Source: Stellaceae bacterium (GTDB lineage Bacteria; Pseudomonadota; Alphaproteobacteria; ATCC43930; CGMCC-115725). From it: a stretch of DNA of 64,000 nucleotides. The stretch spans positions 1 through 64,000 of the forward strand of contig DATNIT010000285.1 in assembly GCA_035604335.1 (NCBI GenBank), written 5' to 3'. Position 1 is the first letter of the stretch. Each line of letters starts with the position of its first letter. Shown here one piece after another: positions 1-8,500 of the stretch. The translations under genes were made by a program, and so were the position numbers. The notes beneath the pieces were generated by a model. That model searched no databases and was not told the DNA's origin. It saw only the letters and a program-made list of their open reading frames with translations.

Positions 1-425
1 CGCATTCTGGGATCGATATGAACACGATCATGGCTCATTCGACGCCGACGTGTTCGTCCTCGAAGGTCCCTTCGGGATCGGGCCACTGTCCAGTTCGAGT
101 GGCTCAGGTCACCGAGCTTGATCCCGCCGCGCCGCACCTGTGCCGCAGGTCTTCCGCCAAGTGGGTCCCGCCCCTGTCTGGCAGCCTCGCGATAATCCAG
201 GGTGAGCTTGCGTGCCTCGCTCAGCTTCATCGTCGCGGGTCCGAGAGTGGCGCGGCGCTCATCACCCATCAGGCGGTACACGGCGATGAAGGATCGCGCG
301 CCACCGCATGTCACCTGCAAACACAGGCCGGGTGTTGCCGTTTCCCAAACACGAACCCGTCCCGACTTCGGAACCTGGTACCCCATCACAAATTCACTCG
401 TGAATTTTTCAACTCTGTTCGCCAT
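1..425 (-). CDS. Phage-type tyrosine integrase, N-terminal arm-DNA-binding (DUF4102-like) part; partial, continues past the window start
   Basis: Hand translation of the minus strand from ATG at 425: MANRVEKFTSEFVMGYQVPKSGRVRVWETATPGLCLQVTCGGARSFIAVYRLMGDERRATLGPATMKLSEARKLTLDYREAARQGRDP..., which matches the P4-type integrase arm-binding domain pattern. Strong RBS AGGAGGAGG at 428-436. No in-frame stop down to position 1. Absent from the ORF track because no stop falls inside the window. Confidence 0.6.
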   Translation of the reverse strand, partial: MANRVEKFTSEFVMGYQVPKSGRVRVWETATPGLCLQVTCGGARSFIAVYRLMGDERRATLGPATMKLSEARKLTLDYREAARQGRDPLGGRPAAQVRRGGIKLGDLSHSNWTVARSRRDLRGRTRRRRMSHDRVHIDPRM

Positions 426-489
426 TTGCTCGTCCTCCTCCTGGAAAGATTGCCCAGAACGGAGCGAGGTCAAATCGCTGTCCCCGAAA

Positions 490-503
490 CTGTCCCGGGA
501 CAG
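490..503. promoter_or_regulatory. Perfect 14-bp palindrome CTGTCCCGGGACAG (plus a CCGGGAC direct repeat at about 513-519) in the divergent integrase/amidohydrolase intergenic region
   Basis: Read directly from the sequence; dyad symmetry between two divergent starts. Confidence 0.3.
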
Positions 504-743
504 CGCTCGCTCCGGGACGCGTCGGAAAAGGGCGGAATCCTACGGGTCTGTCAGTGAGCACAGAGTTACGAAGGAAACTCACGTAAGCCTCGGAAATCCG
601 CTGTTTTTCGAGCGTTTTCAGGGAAGAGCCTATTCTTTACAAGCCAATAGCGGTTCGATAGCGTTCCCAATATCACTCCACTGGGCAGCGACCCTGCGCC
701 GTGGCAGGCTCTGGCGTGGGGCTCCGGCAGAGGAGGCGAGATC

Positions 744-1979
744 GTGCTCGTGTTATTCCAGAACTGTCGGCTGCTCGATCCCGAAGCGAGCGAGCTCCGC
801 GAGGGCGCGAGCGTGCTCGTCGAGGACGAGCACATCCGCGAGGTGTCGGACCGCGCCGTCTCGGCGTCCGGCGCCACCGTCTTCGATCTTCGCGGCCTGG
901 TCCTGATGCCGGGCCTGATCGATGCGCACGCGCATGTCTATCTCTCGGAGGTGAACATCGGGCGTCTTGCCGATGTTCCCTTGACGCTGATGGCCGCCCG
1001 GGCCGGACCGCTCATGCGCGCGATGCTGGATCGCGGCTTTACCACCGTGCGCGACACCGGCGGTGCCGATTGGGGCATTCGCGAGGCGGTGGAGACCGGT
1101 CAGATGGCGGGTCCGCGGCTCTTCATAGCGGGCCAGAGTCTGAGCCAGACCGGCGGGCACGGCGATTTCCGCCTGCGCACCGAGGGCGAGCACGCCTGCC
1201 AGTGCTGCAGCGGCGTGCAGCTGATCTCGCGCATCGTCGACGGCGTGCCCCAGATGCTGCACGCCGTGCGCGACGAGCTCCGCAAGGGCGCCGATCACAT
1301 CAAACTCATGGTCTCCGGCGGGGTCGCCTCGCCGCGCGACCCGCTGGAAGCGACGCAGTTCACCCGCGAGGAGATCGCCGCCGCGGTCGGCGAGGCGACC
1401 GCCTGGGGCAAATATGTCGGCGCCCACGCCTACGGCACCGACGCGATCCGGCGCGCGGTCGAATGCGGCGTTCGCAGCATCGAGCACGGCAACTTCGTCG
1501 ATGCGCAGACCGCGAAGCTCATGCGCGAGCGTGGTGCCTTCATCGTGCCGACCTTGGTCGCCTATGACGCGATGAAACGCCGCGGCCGCGACTATGGCCT
1601 GCCGCCGGTGAGTCTCGAGAAGAACGAGCGCGTGCTCGCGGCGGGCCTGCGCTCTCTCGAGATCTGCAGAGAGGCCGGCGTCCCCATCGCCTTCGGCAGC
1701 GATCTCCTCGGTCAGCTGCAGAACGACCAGTCGCGCGAGTTTCTGATCCGCGGCGAGGCGATGTCGCCGCTGGAGGTGATTCGGTCAGCCACCCTGATCA
1801 ATGCGCGGCTGTTGCGGCGAGAGGGGCTGCTGGGCACGGTCCGTCCGGGCGCGCTCGCTGATCTGCTCGTGGTTGACGGAAATCCACTGCGGGATCTCGG
1901 ATTCTTGCAGGATCAAGGCGCTCACCTCAAGGCCATCATGAAGGGCGGCCAGTTCCACAAGAACCTGCTGGAGCACTGA
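744..1979 (+). CDS. Amidohydrolase family metal-dependent hydrolase (imidazolonepropionase/Xaa-Pro-dipeptidase-like)
   Basis: GTG start with AGGAGG 7 nt upstream. Motifs PGLIDAHAHV, HIKLMVSGG, SIEHG, AFGSDL are typical of the amidohydrolase superfamily. Confidence 0.8.
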   Translation: MLVLFQNCRLLDPEASELREGASVLVEDEHIREVSDRAVSASGATVFDLRGLVLMPGLIDAHAHVYLSEVNIGRLADVPLTLMAARAGPLMRAMLDRGFTTVRDTGGADWGIREAVETGQMAGPRLFIAGQSLSQTGGHGDFRLRTEGEHACQCCSGVQLISRIVDGVPQMLHAVRDELRKGADHIKLMVSGGVASPRDPLEATQFTREEIAAAVGEATAWGKYVGAHAYGTDAIRRAVECGVRSIEHGNFVDAQTAKLMRERGAFIVPTLVAYDAMKRRGRDYGLPPVSLEKNERVLAAGLRSLEICREAGVPIAFGSDLLGQLQNDQSREFLIRGEAMSPLEVIRSATLINARLLRREGLLGTVRPGALADLLVVDGNPLRDLGFLQDQGAHLKAIMKGGQFHKNLLEH

Positions 1980-2816
1980 ATGGCCGGCGCGGCCGCGGTT
2001 GCTTTGGTCCTTCGCAGGCGCTGGCCTCGCTATGCCCTCCGAGCCGCGACGGCAACCTGCTTCGCGGTGATGCTGCTGCCGATCTTCTTCGTGTGCTGGC
2101 TCAGCTTCTTCAAGAACGAGATCCTGTCCTTCCCGCCGGAGGGCTATACGCTGCGGTGGTTCACGTCGCTGTGGCTGCAGCCGCAATTCGCCGACGGGTT
2201 CGTGACGAGCCTGGAGGTAGCGCTGCTCGCCATGCTCGGCGGTCTCGCCGTGGGCATACCCGCGAGCCTCGCCCTCGTCCGCTCGGAGCTACCGATGCGC
2301 GAGACGCTCAACACGCTTCTGCTGTCTCCGCTGGTGGTCCCAGGCATCGTGATCGGCACGTCGCTCTATTTCTTCCTGATCGACGTCGAGATCGCGACCG
2401 AGCTGCCGCTCACGGGGTCGATGGCGGGCCTCGTTTTCGGCCACGTCCTGGTGACCATCCCCTGGACTGTCCGGCTGATCGCGGCAAACCTCATCGGCAT
2501 CGACCGGGCGATCGAGGAAGCCGCGATGAACCTCGGCGCCGACCGATTGCGTACGCTGCTCAGAGTGACCTTGCCAGTGATCCGGCCGGGCGTGGTCGCG
2601 GCGGCGCTCTTCAGCTTCGTCGTCTCGTTCGGCAATCTCGAGCTCTCGCTCTTCCTGGTGAGCCCCGGCGAGACCACCTTGCCGATCGCGATCCTGCAGT
2701 ATCTCGAATGGAAGATCGATCCCACCATCGCCGCGGTGTCGCTGATCCAGATTGCGATTATCTCGGCGGCGATGGTGGGAACCAACCGCTTCGTGCGCCT
2801 GAGCCAGGTGGTCTGA
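1980..2816 (+). CDS. ABC transporter permease (PotC/PotI-like)
   Basis: Six predicted TM segments and an EAA-like loop (DRAIEEAAMNLGA). Start ATG abuts the upstream stop. Confidence 0.85.
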   Translation: MAGAAAVALVLRRRWPRYALRAATATCFAVMLLPIFFVCWLSFFKNEILSFPPEGYTLRWFTSLWLQPQFADGFVTSLEVALLAMLGGLAVGIPASLALVRSELPMRETLNTLLLSPLVVPGIVIGTSLYFFLIDVEIATELPLTGSMAGLVFGHVLVTIPWTVRLIAANLIGIDRAIEEAAMNLGADRLRTLLRVTLPVIRPGVVAAALFSFVVSFGNLELSLFLVSPGETTLPIAILQYLEWKIDPTIAAVSLIQIAIISAAMVGTNRFVRLSQVV

Positions 2817-2820
2817 GCGC

Positions 2821-3870
2821 ATGTCGAGCGTCCGGCTGCAATCGGTCTCGAAGATCTACGGCGACCAGCGGGCCGTCAGCGATTTCACACTGGAGATCGC
2901 TGAGGGGGAGTTCCTGGTGCTCCTCGGGCCCAGCGGGTGCGGCAAAACCACCACGCTGCGCATGATCGCCGGCTTCGTCGAGCCGAGCGCCGGTCGCATC
3001 CTCTTTGGCGATCGCGACGTTACGGACCTGCCGTCCTACCACCGCAACACCGGCCTGGTGTTCCAGGGCTACGCCCTGTTTCCGCACTTGAGCGTGTTCG
3101 AGAACGTGGCCTTCGGCCTGCGCATGCGCAGGCTCGAGCGTGCCGCCATCGAGAAGCGCGTGCGGGAGGCGCTGCGCCTGGTCCGGCTCGAGGCGCTCGC
3201 CGAGAGAATGCCGAGGCAACTCTCCGGCGGCCAGCAGCAGCGCGTGGCGCTGGCGCGGGCGCTGGTGATCGAGCCCGAGATTTTGCTGCTGGACGAGCCG
3301 CTCTCCAATCTCGACGCCAAGCTGCGCGAGGAGGTCCGGGTCGAGATCCGGCAGCTGCAACGGCGGCTCGGCCTCACGACCGTCATGGTGACCCATGATC
3401 AGGAGGAGGCGCTCTCCGTGGCCGACCGCCTCGTGGTGATGAGCAACGGCGAAATCCAGCAGATCGGCACGCAGCGCGAGCTCTACAACGCGCCGGCCAA
3501 CCAGTTCGTGGCGAGCTTCATCGGCCGGACGAATTTCCTCTCGGGCGCCATGATCGGGCCACAGCGTTTTCGCACCGAGAGCGGTCTCGAGATCTCGGTG
3601 GCATCCGCCGCCGCGCCGGAGCGTCTGCTCGCGATCCGGCCGGAGCGCGTCAGGCTGGGCAACGCAAACGGGGCCGCCAACAGCTTTGCCGGTACGGTCG
3701 AGTTCGTAAGCTATCTCGGAGCCACCACCGAGTACGTCGTTCGCCTCGCGAGCGGCGATGCCCTAGCGGTCGAAATGCACAACGACCGCGCCGGCAACGT
3801 GGAGCTTTTCACCGTGGGATCCCAGATTCGCGTCGCCTGGGACCCCGATGCCTGCCAGCTCATCGCCTGA
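2821..3870 (+). CDS. ABC transporter ATP-binding protein (PotA-like, with TOBE domain)
   Basis: Walker A GPSGCGKTT, signature [15 protein letters not shown], Walker B LLLDEP. Confidence 0.9.
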   Translation: MSSVRLQSVSKIYGDQRAVSDFTLEIAEGEFLVLLGPSGCGKTTTLRMIAGFVEPSAGRILFGDRDVTDLPSYHRNTGLVFQGYALFPHLSVFENVAFGLRMRRLERAAIEKRVREALRLVRLEALAERMPRQLSGGQQQRVALARALVIEPEILLLDEPLSNLDAKLREEVRVEIRQLQRRLGLTTVMVTHDQEEALSVADRLVVMSNGEIQQIGTQRELYNAPANQFVASFIGRTNFLSGAMIGPQRFRTESGLEISVASAAAPERLLAIRPERVRLGNANGAANSFAGTVEFVSYLGATTEYVVRLASGDALAVEMHNDRAGNVELFTVGSQIRVAWDPDACQLIA

Positions 3871-3925
3871 CGCCGCTGTGCCATACGACAGAACCATATC
3901 CAGCGAACCCGGAGGAGGATCCGTC

Positions 3926-4996
3926 ATGACATCCCGCTCGCCCAAGACAAAATCTCGCGCCGTCCTTTCGCGGCGCGGCTTCCTGCACGCCACCGCCCTG
4001 ACGGGCGTGGCAGCCGCCATCGGTCCGCGCGCCGCCCGGGCGGCCGGCGGAAAAGTGGTCGTGGGCACCTGGGGCGGCGACTACCAGAACCTGATCCAGA
4101 AGAACATCGCGGCGCCATTGCTGCAGCCGCAGGGCATCGAGGTGATCTACGACACCGGCAACGACAGCCCGCGCAAGACCAAGATGATGGCGGAGAAGAT
4201 GCTGCCGCGTGGCACCATGGATATCTCCGCGCTCAACCGCGCGGGCAGCTACGAGATGTACAAGGCCGGCACGCTGCTGGAGATCGACGCCAGCAAGATC
4301 CCGAACGCCAAGCACGTCCTGCCGAAATTCGCCACGTCCTGGTCGGTGCCGCACATCTTTTCCGGCCGCATCATCCTCTACAACCCGAAATTCGTGACGG
4401 AGAAGCCGACCTCCTACGCGGATCTCTGGAACCCGAAATACGCCGGGCGCGTCGGCATCATCGACATCCAGTACCAGACCACCATCCAGTCCGCGGCGAT
4501 GATCAGCGGCGGCAGCTTCACGAACTACGAGCCCGGCAAGGCGAAGCTGATGGAGCTCAAGAAGATCGGCTACAAGATGATGCCCACCAACGAGGCGATG
4601 GCCCAGGCGCTCAAGACCGAGGAAGTCTGGATGTGCATCATGTGGAAGGCGCGCGGCGTCATGTGGCAGAACGCCGGCGTGCCCGTCGAGATCGCCGCAC
4701 CCAAGGAGGGCGTGGTCACCTATATCTCCGACTTCACCATTCCCAAGAACGCCCCCAACAAGGACGGCGCGTACGCGTTCCTGAACGCCATGCTCGACCC
4801 CAAGCCGCAGGAAGGGTTCATCGAGGACATGGGCTATAACCCCACTGTCGACGACGTCGAGCTCGCGAGCGCCATGGCCAAGCGCGTGGGATTCACCGCC
4901 GAGGAGCAGAAGCTGCTCCTGGTGGAGGACAGCGACTACCTCGCCCAGAACGACGCCCAGCTCAAGGAGTGGTGGGACAAAGAATTCAAGACGTGA
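3926..4996 (+). CDS. ABC transporter periplasmic substrate-binding protein (PotD/PotF-like), TAT signal
   Basis: SRRGFLHATALTGVAAAIGPRAARA twin-arginine signal. GGAGGAGGA RBS before ATG 3926. The track ORF begins earlier at 3848. Confidence 0.8.
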   Translation: MTSRSPKTKSRAVLSRRGFLHATALTGVAAAIGPRAARAAGGKVVVGTWGGDYQNLIQKNIAAPLLQPQGIEVIYDTGNDSPRKTKMMAEKMLPRGTMDISALNRAGSYEMYKAGTLLEIDASKIPNAKHVLPKFATSWSVPHIFSGRIILYNPKFVTEKPTSYADLWNPKYAGRVGIIDIQYQTTIQSAAMISGGSFTNYEPGKAKLMELKKIGYKMMPTNEAMAQALKTEEVWMCIMWKARGVMWQNAGVPVEIAAPKEGVVTYISDFTIPKNAPNKDGAYAFLNAMLDPKPQEGFIEDMGYNPTVDDVELASAMAKRVGFTAEEQKLLLVEDSDYLAQNDAQLKEWWDKEFKT

Positions 4997-5052
4997 GGCG
5001 CTGATTTTCCCACAAGCGCCGTGCGGCAGCGCGCTACCACCCCCCTCCCTAG

Positions 5053-5118
5053 CCCTCTCCCTCATGGGGGGAGGGGATTCTCAGAGCCTCGCTTAGATGA
5101 GCCCTCCCCCCTCGAGGG
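5053..5118. repeat. GC-rich palindromic REP-like elements (CCCTCTCCC...GGGGAGGGG at 5053-5076; CCCCTCGAGGGG at 5107-5118)
   Basis: Inverted repeats read directly. Same arm sequence as the hairpin at 49657-49679. Confidence 0.6.
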
Positions 5119-5140
5119 GAAGGGTCTGGAGGCGGGTAGC

Positions 5141-6016
5141 GCTCTGCGGTCGACGACGGGCATCACGACACTCTCCGCAGCGGCGCTGATCGGACCGGCC
5201 ACCATTATCGTGGTGATCCTTCTGGTGGCGCCGCTCGTCATCCTCTTCCGGTACAGCCTGAACCGGTTCGTGCCCGGCCAGTTCATGGTCGACGCAATCA
5301 CGCTCGAGAACTACGTCAAGGTCTTCGTCGATCCCTATTACCGCACCGTGCTCCTCCGCACGGGCCTGATCGCGGCGCTTTGCACCGCGCTTTGTCTCGT
5401 CCTCGGATACCCCGCGGCTTACGTGCTCGCGCGTACTCGGTCGCGCTTCAAGACTTGGCTCGTCCTGCTCGTGGTGATGCCCCTCTTCGTCGGGAACGCC
5501 GTGCGCGCCGCCGGCTGGATGGTGGTGTTCGGACGGCAGGGCGCCTTCAACGCCGCGTTGACCTGGCTCGGCATCGTCGACGCGCCGCTCGACATCATGT
5601 ACACCCCGCTCGCGGTCATCATCGGCATCACCGGCTTCAATCTTCCCTTCATGGTCTTGACCCTGCAGAGCGTGATCGAGGGCATCGATCCCGCCCTCGA
5701 GGAGGCGGCGCTCGGCATGGGTGCCCGTCCCTTGCGGGCGTTCTCGCGCGTGACGCTGCCGTTGTCGCTGCCGGGCGTGGTGGCGGGCTCCCTGCTTTGC
5801 TTCATCCTGGCGATGAACGCCTACGCCAATCCGGTCTTGCTCGGCGGCCCGCGGTTTCAGATGATGGCGCCGGTCGTGTACACGCAGATATCGGAGCAAT
5901 CCAATTGGCCTCTCGGCGGCGCGCTCGCTTTCGTTCTCATGACGGCCACGCTGGTGCTGACGGTAGGTGCCCACGCACTGGTGCAGCGACGCTACCGCCG
6001 GCGAGGCATCGCCTGA
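5141..6016 (+). CDS. ABC transporter permease (PotB/PotH-like); true start uncertain
   Basis: TM-rich, with an EAA-like motif IDPALEEAALGMGA. The track ORF starts at ATG 5021 but its first roughly 40 codons translate palindromic repeats. The start is probably a non-ATG codon near 5126-5150. Confidence 0.7.
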   Translation, partial: ALRSTTGITTLSAAALIGPATIIVVILLVAPLVILFRYSLNRFVPGQFMVDAITLENYVKVFVDPYYRTVLLRTGLIAALCTALCLVLGYPAAYVLARTRSRFKTWLVLLVVMPLFVGNAVRAAGWMVVFGRQGAFNAALTWLGIVDAPLDIMYTPLAVIIGITGFNLPFMVLTLQSVIEGIDPALEEAALGMGARPLRAFSRVTLPLSLPGVVAGSLLCFILAMNAYANPVLLGGPRFQMMAPVVYTQISEQSNWPLGGALAFVLMTATLVLTVGAHALVQRRYRRRGIA

Positions 6017-6089
6017 CGTGACGGACCTGGCGGGCGATCCGCGCGCCCAGATCGCACGAGCTGCTCGGGCGACGGAATCCGGGCGCCGA

Positions 6090-6320
6090 AAGTCAGACGC
6101 TCGGGCGCGACTCCGCGCGACAGCGCCTCTCGACGAAGGTTCCGCTCCTGCCAGGAATTAGCGCCGAGCAGCCAGAGAATCGACCTGGGCACGGTCTGGA
6201 GCAGGCGCATCCAGACGTCGAAGACCTCCTGCGTGATCTTGTAGGGGTTGTTGAAGCACGCGAAAACGAAGGCGTCGTCGGGGAGGCCGCACTCGGCGCT
6301 TCCGGCATAGCACCCGATCA
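6090..6320 (-). pseudogene. Remnant of a GT41 (SPINDLY/O-GlcNAc-transferase-like, TPR glycosyltransferase) gene, C-terminal fragment only
   Basis: Minus-frame translation GLPDDAFVFACFNNPYKITQEVFDVWMRLLQTVPRSILWLLGANSWQERNLRREALSRGVAPERLTFGARIPSPEQLVRSGRADR matches the conserved GT41 C-terminal motifs (FxCFNNxYKITPEVFDVWMRIL..VPNSVLWLL ... RLIFAPRVP). No N-terminal catalytic or TPR part. Overlaps the neighbouring gene out of frame. Confidence 0.6.
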
Positions 6321-7145
6321 GCGTTCCTCTTCCTCTGCCGGTTCGAGCTCGACGAAGGGATGCGGGCCGTCGAAGCGGCCGACATGGGCGGTGTGCGACA
6401 CGATGCCGGTATCGCGCGACCACACGTGGACCTGATAGCCCGGCGGCTCCAGCGCGAAGGCGCCCTCGGTACCAGGCCGGAGGTCGAGCACCACCTGATG
6501 CGCGGTGCTGGGCGCCGTCGAGGCGAGGGTCCCGCGCCAGCGCACCTGGATCGGCCGATGCAGGTGACCGCAGAGGATGCGCTCGATTTGCGGATGCCGC
6601 TCGACCAGCCTGCCCATGGCATCGGCGCCCTCGAGCCCGATCACGTCCATGTGGTCGATGTTGGTGCGGAACGGCGGGTGATGCATGAACACGACGGTCG
6701 GGCAGCCGGACGCCTCGGCCAGAGCGTCCTCGAGCCAGGCGAGGCGGCGCTCGCAAAGCTCTCCGCCGGCCTCGCCCGGCACCACCGTGTCGAGACCGAT
6801 CAGGCGTACGGGATAGTCGTCAACCCTGTAGTGCAGGAATTCGCCGGCAACCGGCAGGTAGTCGCTGTCGGCGAAGATCTTGCGCAGGTTTCCCCGGTCG
6901 TCGTGATTGCCGGGCACGAGATAGACCGGCATCTCCAGCTCGGCCAGGAGCTGCCGGAGCATGGCGTATTCCTCGACCTCGCCGGCATGCACGAGATCGC
7001 CGGTGGCGAGAACGACGTCCGGCCTCGGCCTCAGCGCGTTCACATGCTGGATGGCATCGCGCAGCATGTCATTGGTGGGAACACGACCATAGGCCGAGAC
7101 GCCGGGCGGCCGGACATGGAGATCGCTCAGCTGCACGATGATCAT
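6318..7145 (-). CDS. Calcineurin-like metallophosphoesterase (GpdQ/CpdA-like phosphodiesterase)
   Basis: Motifs IVQLSDLHV, LATGDLVH, GNHD, MHHPP, GHLH. Confidence 0.8.
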   Translation of the reverse strand: MIIVQLSDLHVRPPGVSAYGRVPTNDMLRDAIQHVNALRPRPDVVLATGDLVHAGEVEEYAMLRQLLAELEMPVYLVPGNHDDRGNLRKIFADSDYLPVAGEFLHYRVDDYPVRLIGLDTVVPGEAGGELCERRLAWLEDALAEASGCPTVVFMHHPPFRTNIDHMDVIGLEGADAMGRLVERHPQIERILCGHLHRPIQVRWRGTLASTAPSTAHQVVLDLRPGTEGAFALEPPGYQVHVWSRDTGIVSHTAHVGRFDGPHPFVELEPAEEEER

Positions 7146-7163
7146 TACCGGACCTTCCGAAGG

Positions 7164-8489
7164 TCAGAGCCCGCTCACATGGGCGATCTTCTCGTTGTAG
7201 GGGCGCAGGATCTCGTCCGCGTTCTTCTGCGCGTCGCGCACGGCCTCATCGGCCTGCTTCTTGCCGCTCAGCACGGCCTGCACCTGATCCTCGATCGCCT
7301 TGCGCACCGCCACGACATTGTATGTCGAAAGCCAGGGCTGCGCGTATTCGAGCTGCTTCACGGCGATGAGCGCGTCCGGATGCTCCGCCACGAAAGCCTT
7401 CATCTCCGGCATGTCATAGCTGCTCTTGCGCGGCGCGAAATAGCCGGTGAAGCGGCTCCAGGAGCCCAGCGTCTCCGGCGAGGTCATGTAGCTCACGAAC
7501 TTCCAGGCCGCCTTGCGCTGCTCCGGCGTGATGCCCTTGAAGACGATCAGAGAGCCGCCGCCGATCGGCACCGCATTGCGCACGTTTCGCGGCACGAAAG
7601 CGACCGTGTATGGGAACTTTGCGCCGTTGCGGATGAAGCTCAGGGAGCCCGTGGACAGCAGCACCATGGACGCCTTGCCCGCGAAAAAATCCGTCGAGAC
7701 CTGGTTCGGGTCGATGACGCCCTCCGGCATCACCTTGTGCGTGAAGACGAGGTCGTGGAGGAATTGCACCGCGCCGCGGGTGGAAGGCTGATCGTAATAG
7801 ACCTCGCCCGGTGCGCTCACGTTGAAGAACTGCCCGCCGTTCGACATCGTGAAGGCCTGGGTCAGCCAACCGAGATAATCGTAGGACCCCGGCATCTCGA
7901 AACCGTAACGAGTAATCTTGTCGCCATCGCGCTTGGTGAGCTTGGTTGCGGCGTCGACGAACTCGGCCCATGTCGCCGGCGGCTTCGCGGGGTCAAGACC
8001 GACTTCCTTGAAGTGGTCGGCGTTGATGTAGACGAGCGGCGTCGAGTTCTGGAACGGAACGGCGTAGATCTTGCCGTTGGCGGTGGCGTTGCCGCGCAGC
8101 GCCGGCCAAAAATCGTCGAGGAAGGTCTTGGGATCGCCGCCGTTCTCCGCCAGCAAGTCGTTGATTGCCTCGATCTCGCCGGAGATCACGAATTCCTGCA
8201 CGAAGTTCGCGGACATCAGGGTGACCGCTGGCGGTTTACCCGCCTCGACCGCGGCCTGGGTCTTGAGCCGAGTATCGTCGTAGCTGCCGGTATAGGCAGC
8301 CACCACCTCGACGTCGGGGCTGGCGTCGTTGAACTCCTTGACGAGGCGCGTCATTTCCCGCGCCAGCGCCCCTTGCACGGGAACCGGAAAATAGAAATCG
8401 ATACTGGTCTTCGCCGATGCGGCGATGCTTGCGCTCAGCAACGCGGCGATCCCGACCGCGCTCAAGGTGATTCGGCGTAGAGATGTCAT
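7164..8489 (-). CDS. ABC transporter substrate-binding protein, family 1 (UgpB/carbohydrate-like), Sec signal
   Basis: Internal ATG at 8489 gives MTSLRRITLSAVGIAALLSASIAASA with RBS AGGGAG. The track ORF is N-terminally over-extended to 8894. Confidence 0.8.
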   Translation of the reverse strand: MTSLRRITLSAVGIAALLSASIAASAKTSIDFYFPVPVQGALAREMTRLVKEFNDASPDVEVVAAYTGSYDDTRLKTQAAVEAGKPPAVTLMSANFVQEFVISGEIEAINDLLAENGGDPKTFLDDFWPALRGNATANGKIYAVPFQNSTPLVYINADHFKEVGLDPAKPPATWAEFVDAATKLTKRDGDKITRYGFEMPGSYDYLGWLTQAFTMSNGGQFFNVSAPGEVYYDQPSTRGAVQFLHDLVFTHKVMPEGVIDPNQVSTDFFAGKASMVLLSTGSLSFIRNGAKFPYTVAFVPRNVRNAVPIGGGSLIVFKGITPEQRKAAWKFVSYMTSPETLGSWSRFTGYFAPRKSSYDMPEMKAFVAEHPDALIAVKQLEYAQPWLSTYNVVAVRKAIEDQVQAVLSGKKQADEAVRDAQKNADEILRPYNEKIAHVSGL

Positions 8490-8500
8490 GGTCACTCCCT

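Noticed and set aside
640-670. GGTTCGAT-like sequence (a possible tRNA T-loop remnant or att site next to the integrase)
   Set aside because: No acceptor or T-stem complementarity and no CCA context; it cannot be folded into a tRNA 3' half.
18-906. Plus-strand ORFs 18..557 and 202..906
   Set aside because: They are the antisense of the integrase N-terminal coding region (which shows a clear DUF4102-like translation and a strong RBS) and of the intergenic region; no recognisable motifs.
753-1487. Numerous long antisense or alternative-frame ORFs, for example 753..1487(-), 701..1567(+), 2758..3396(-), 3860..5065(-), 5093..5974(-), 6360..8480(+), 9123..10589(+), 16510..17412(+), 21197..22240(+), 23253..24554(-), 27662..28600(+), 28607..30097(+), 29727..31736(-), 31579..33483(-), 38621..40063(-), 40756..41922(-), 43251..44537(-), 45543..47114(-), 48193..49584(-), 51795..52910(-), 56839..58365(-)
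   Set aside because: Each lies opposite or out of frame to a gene with clear family motifs. Their translations are low-complexity and R/A/G/P-rich, as expected for stop-poor frames in about 65% GC coding DNA.
5021-5140. ATG 5021 as the true start of the PotB-like permease
   Set aside because: The N-terminal 40 codons translate GC palindromic repeats (PLPSPLPHGGRGF...) with no hydrophobic or conserved permease features; a downstream start is more plausible.
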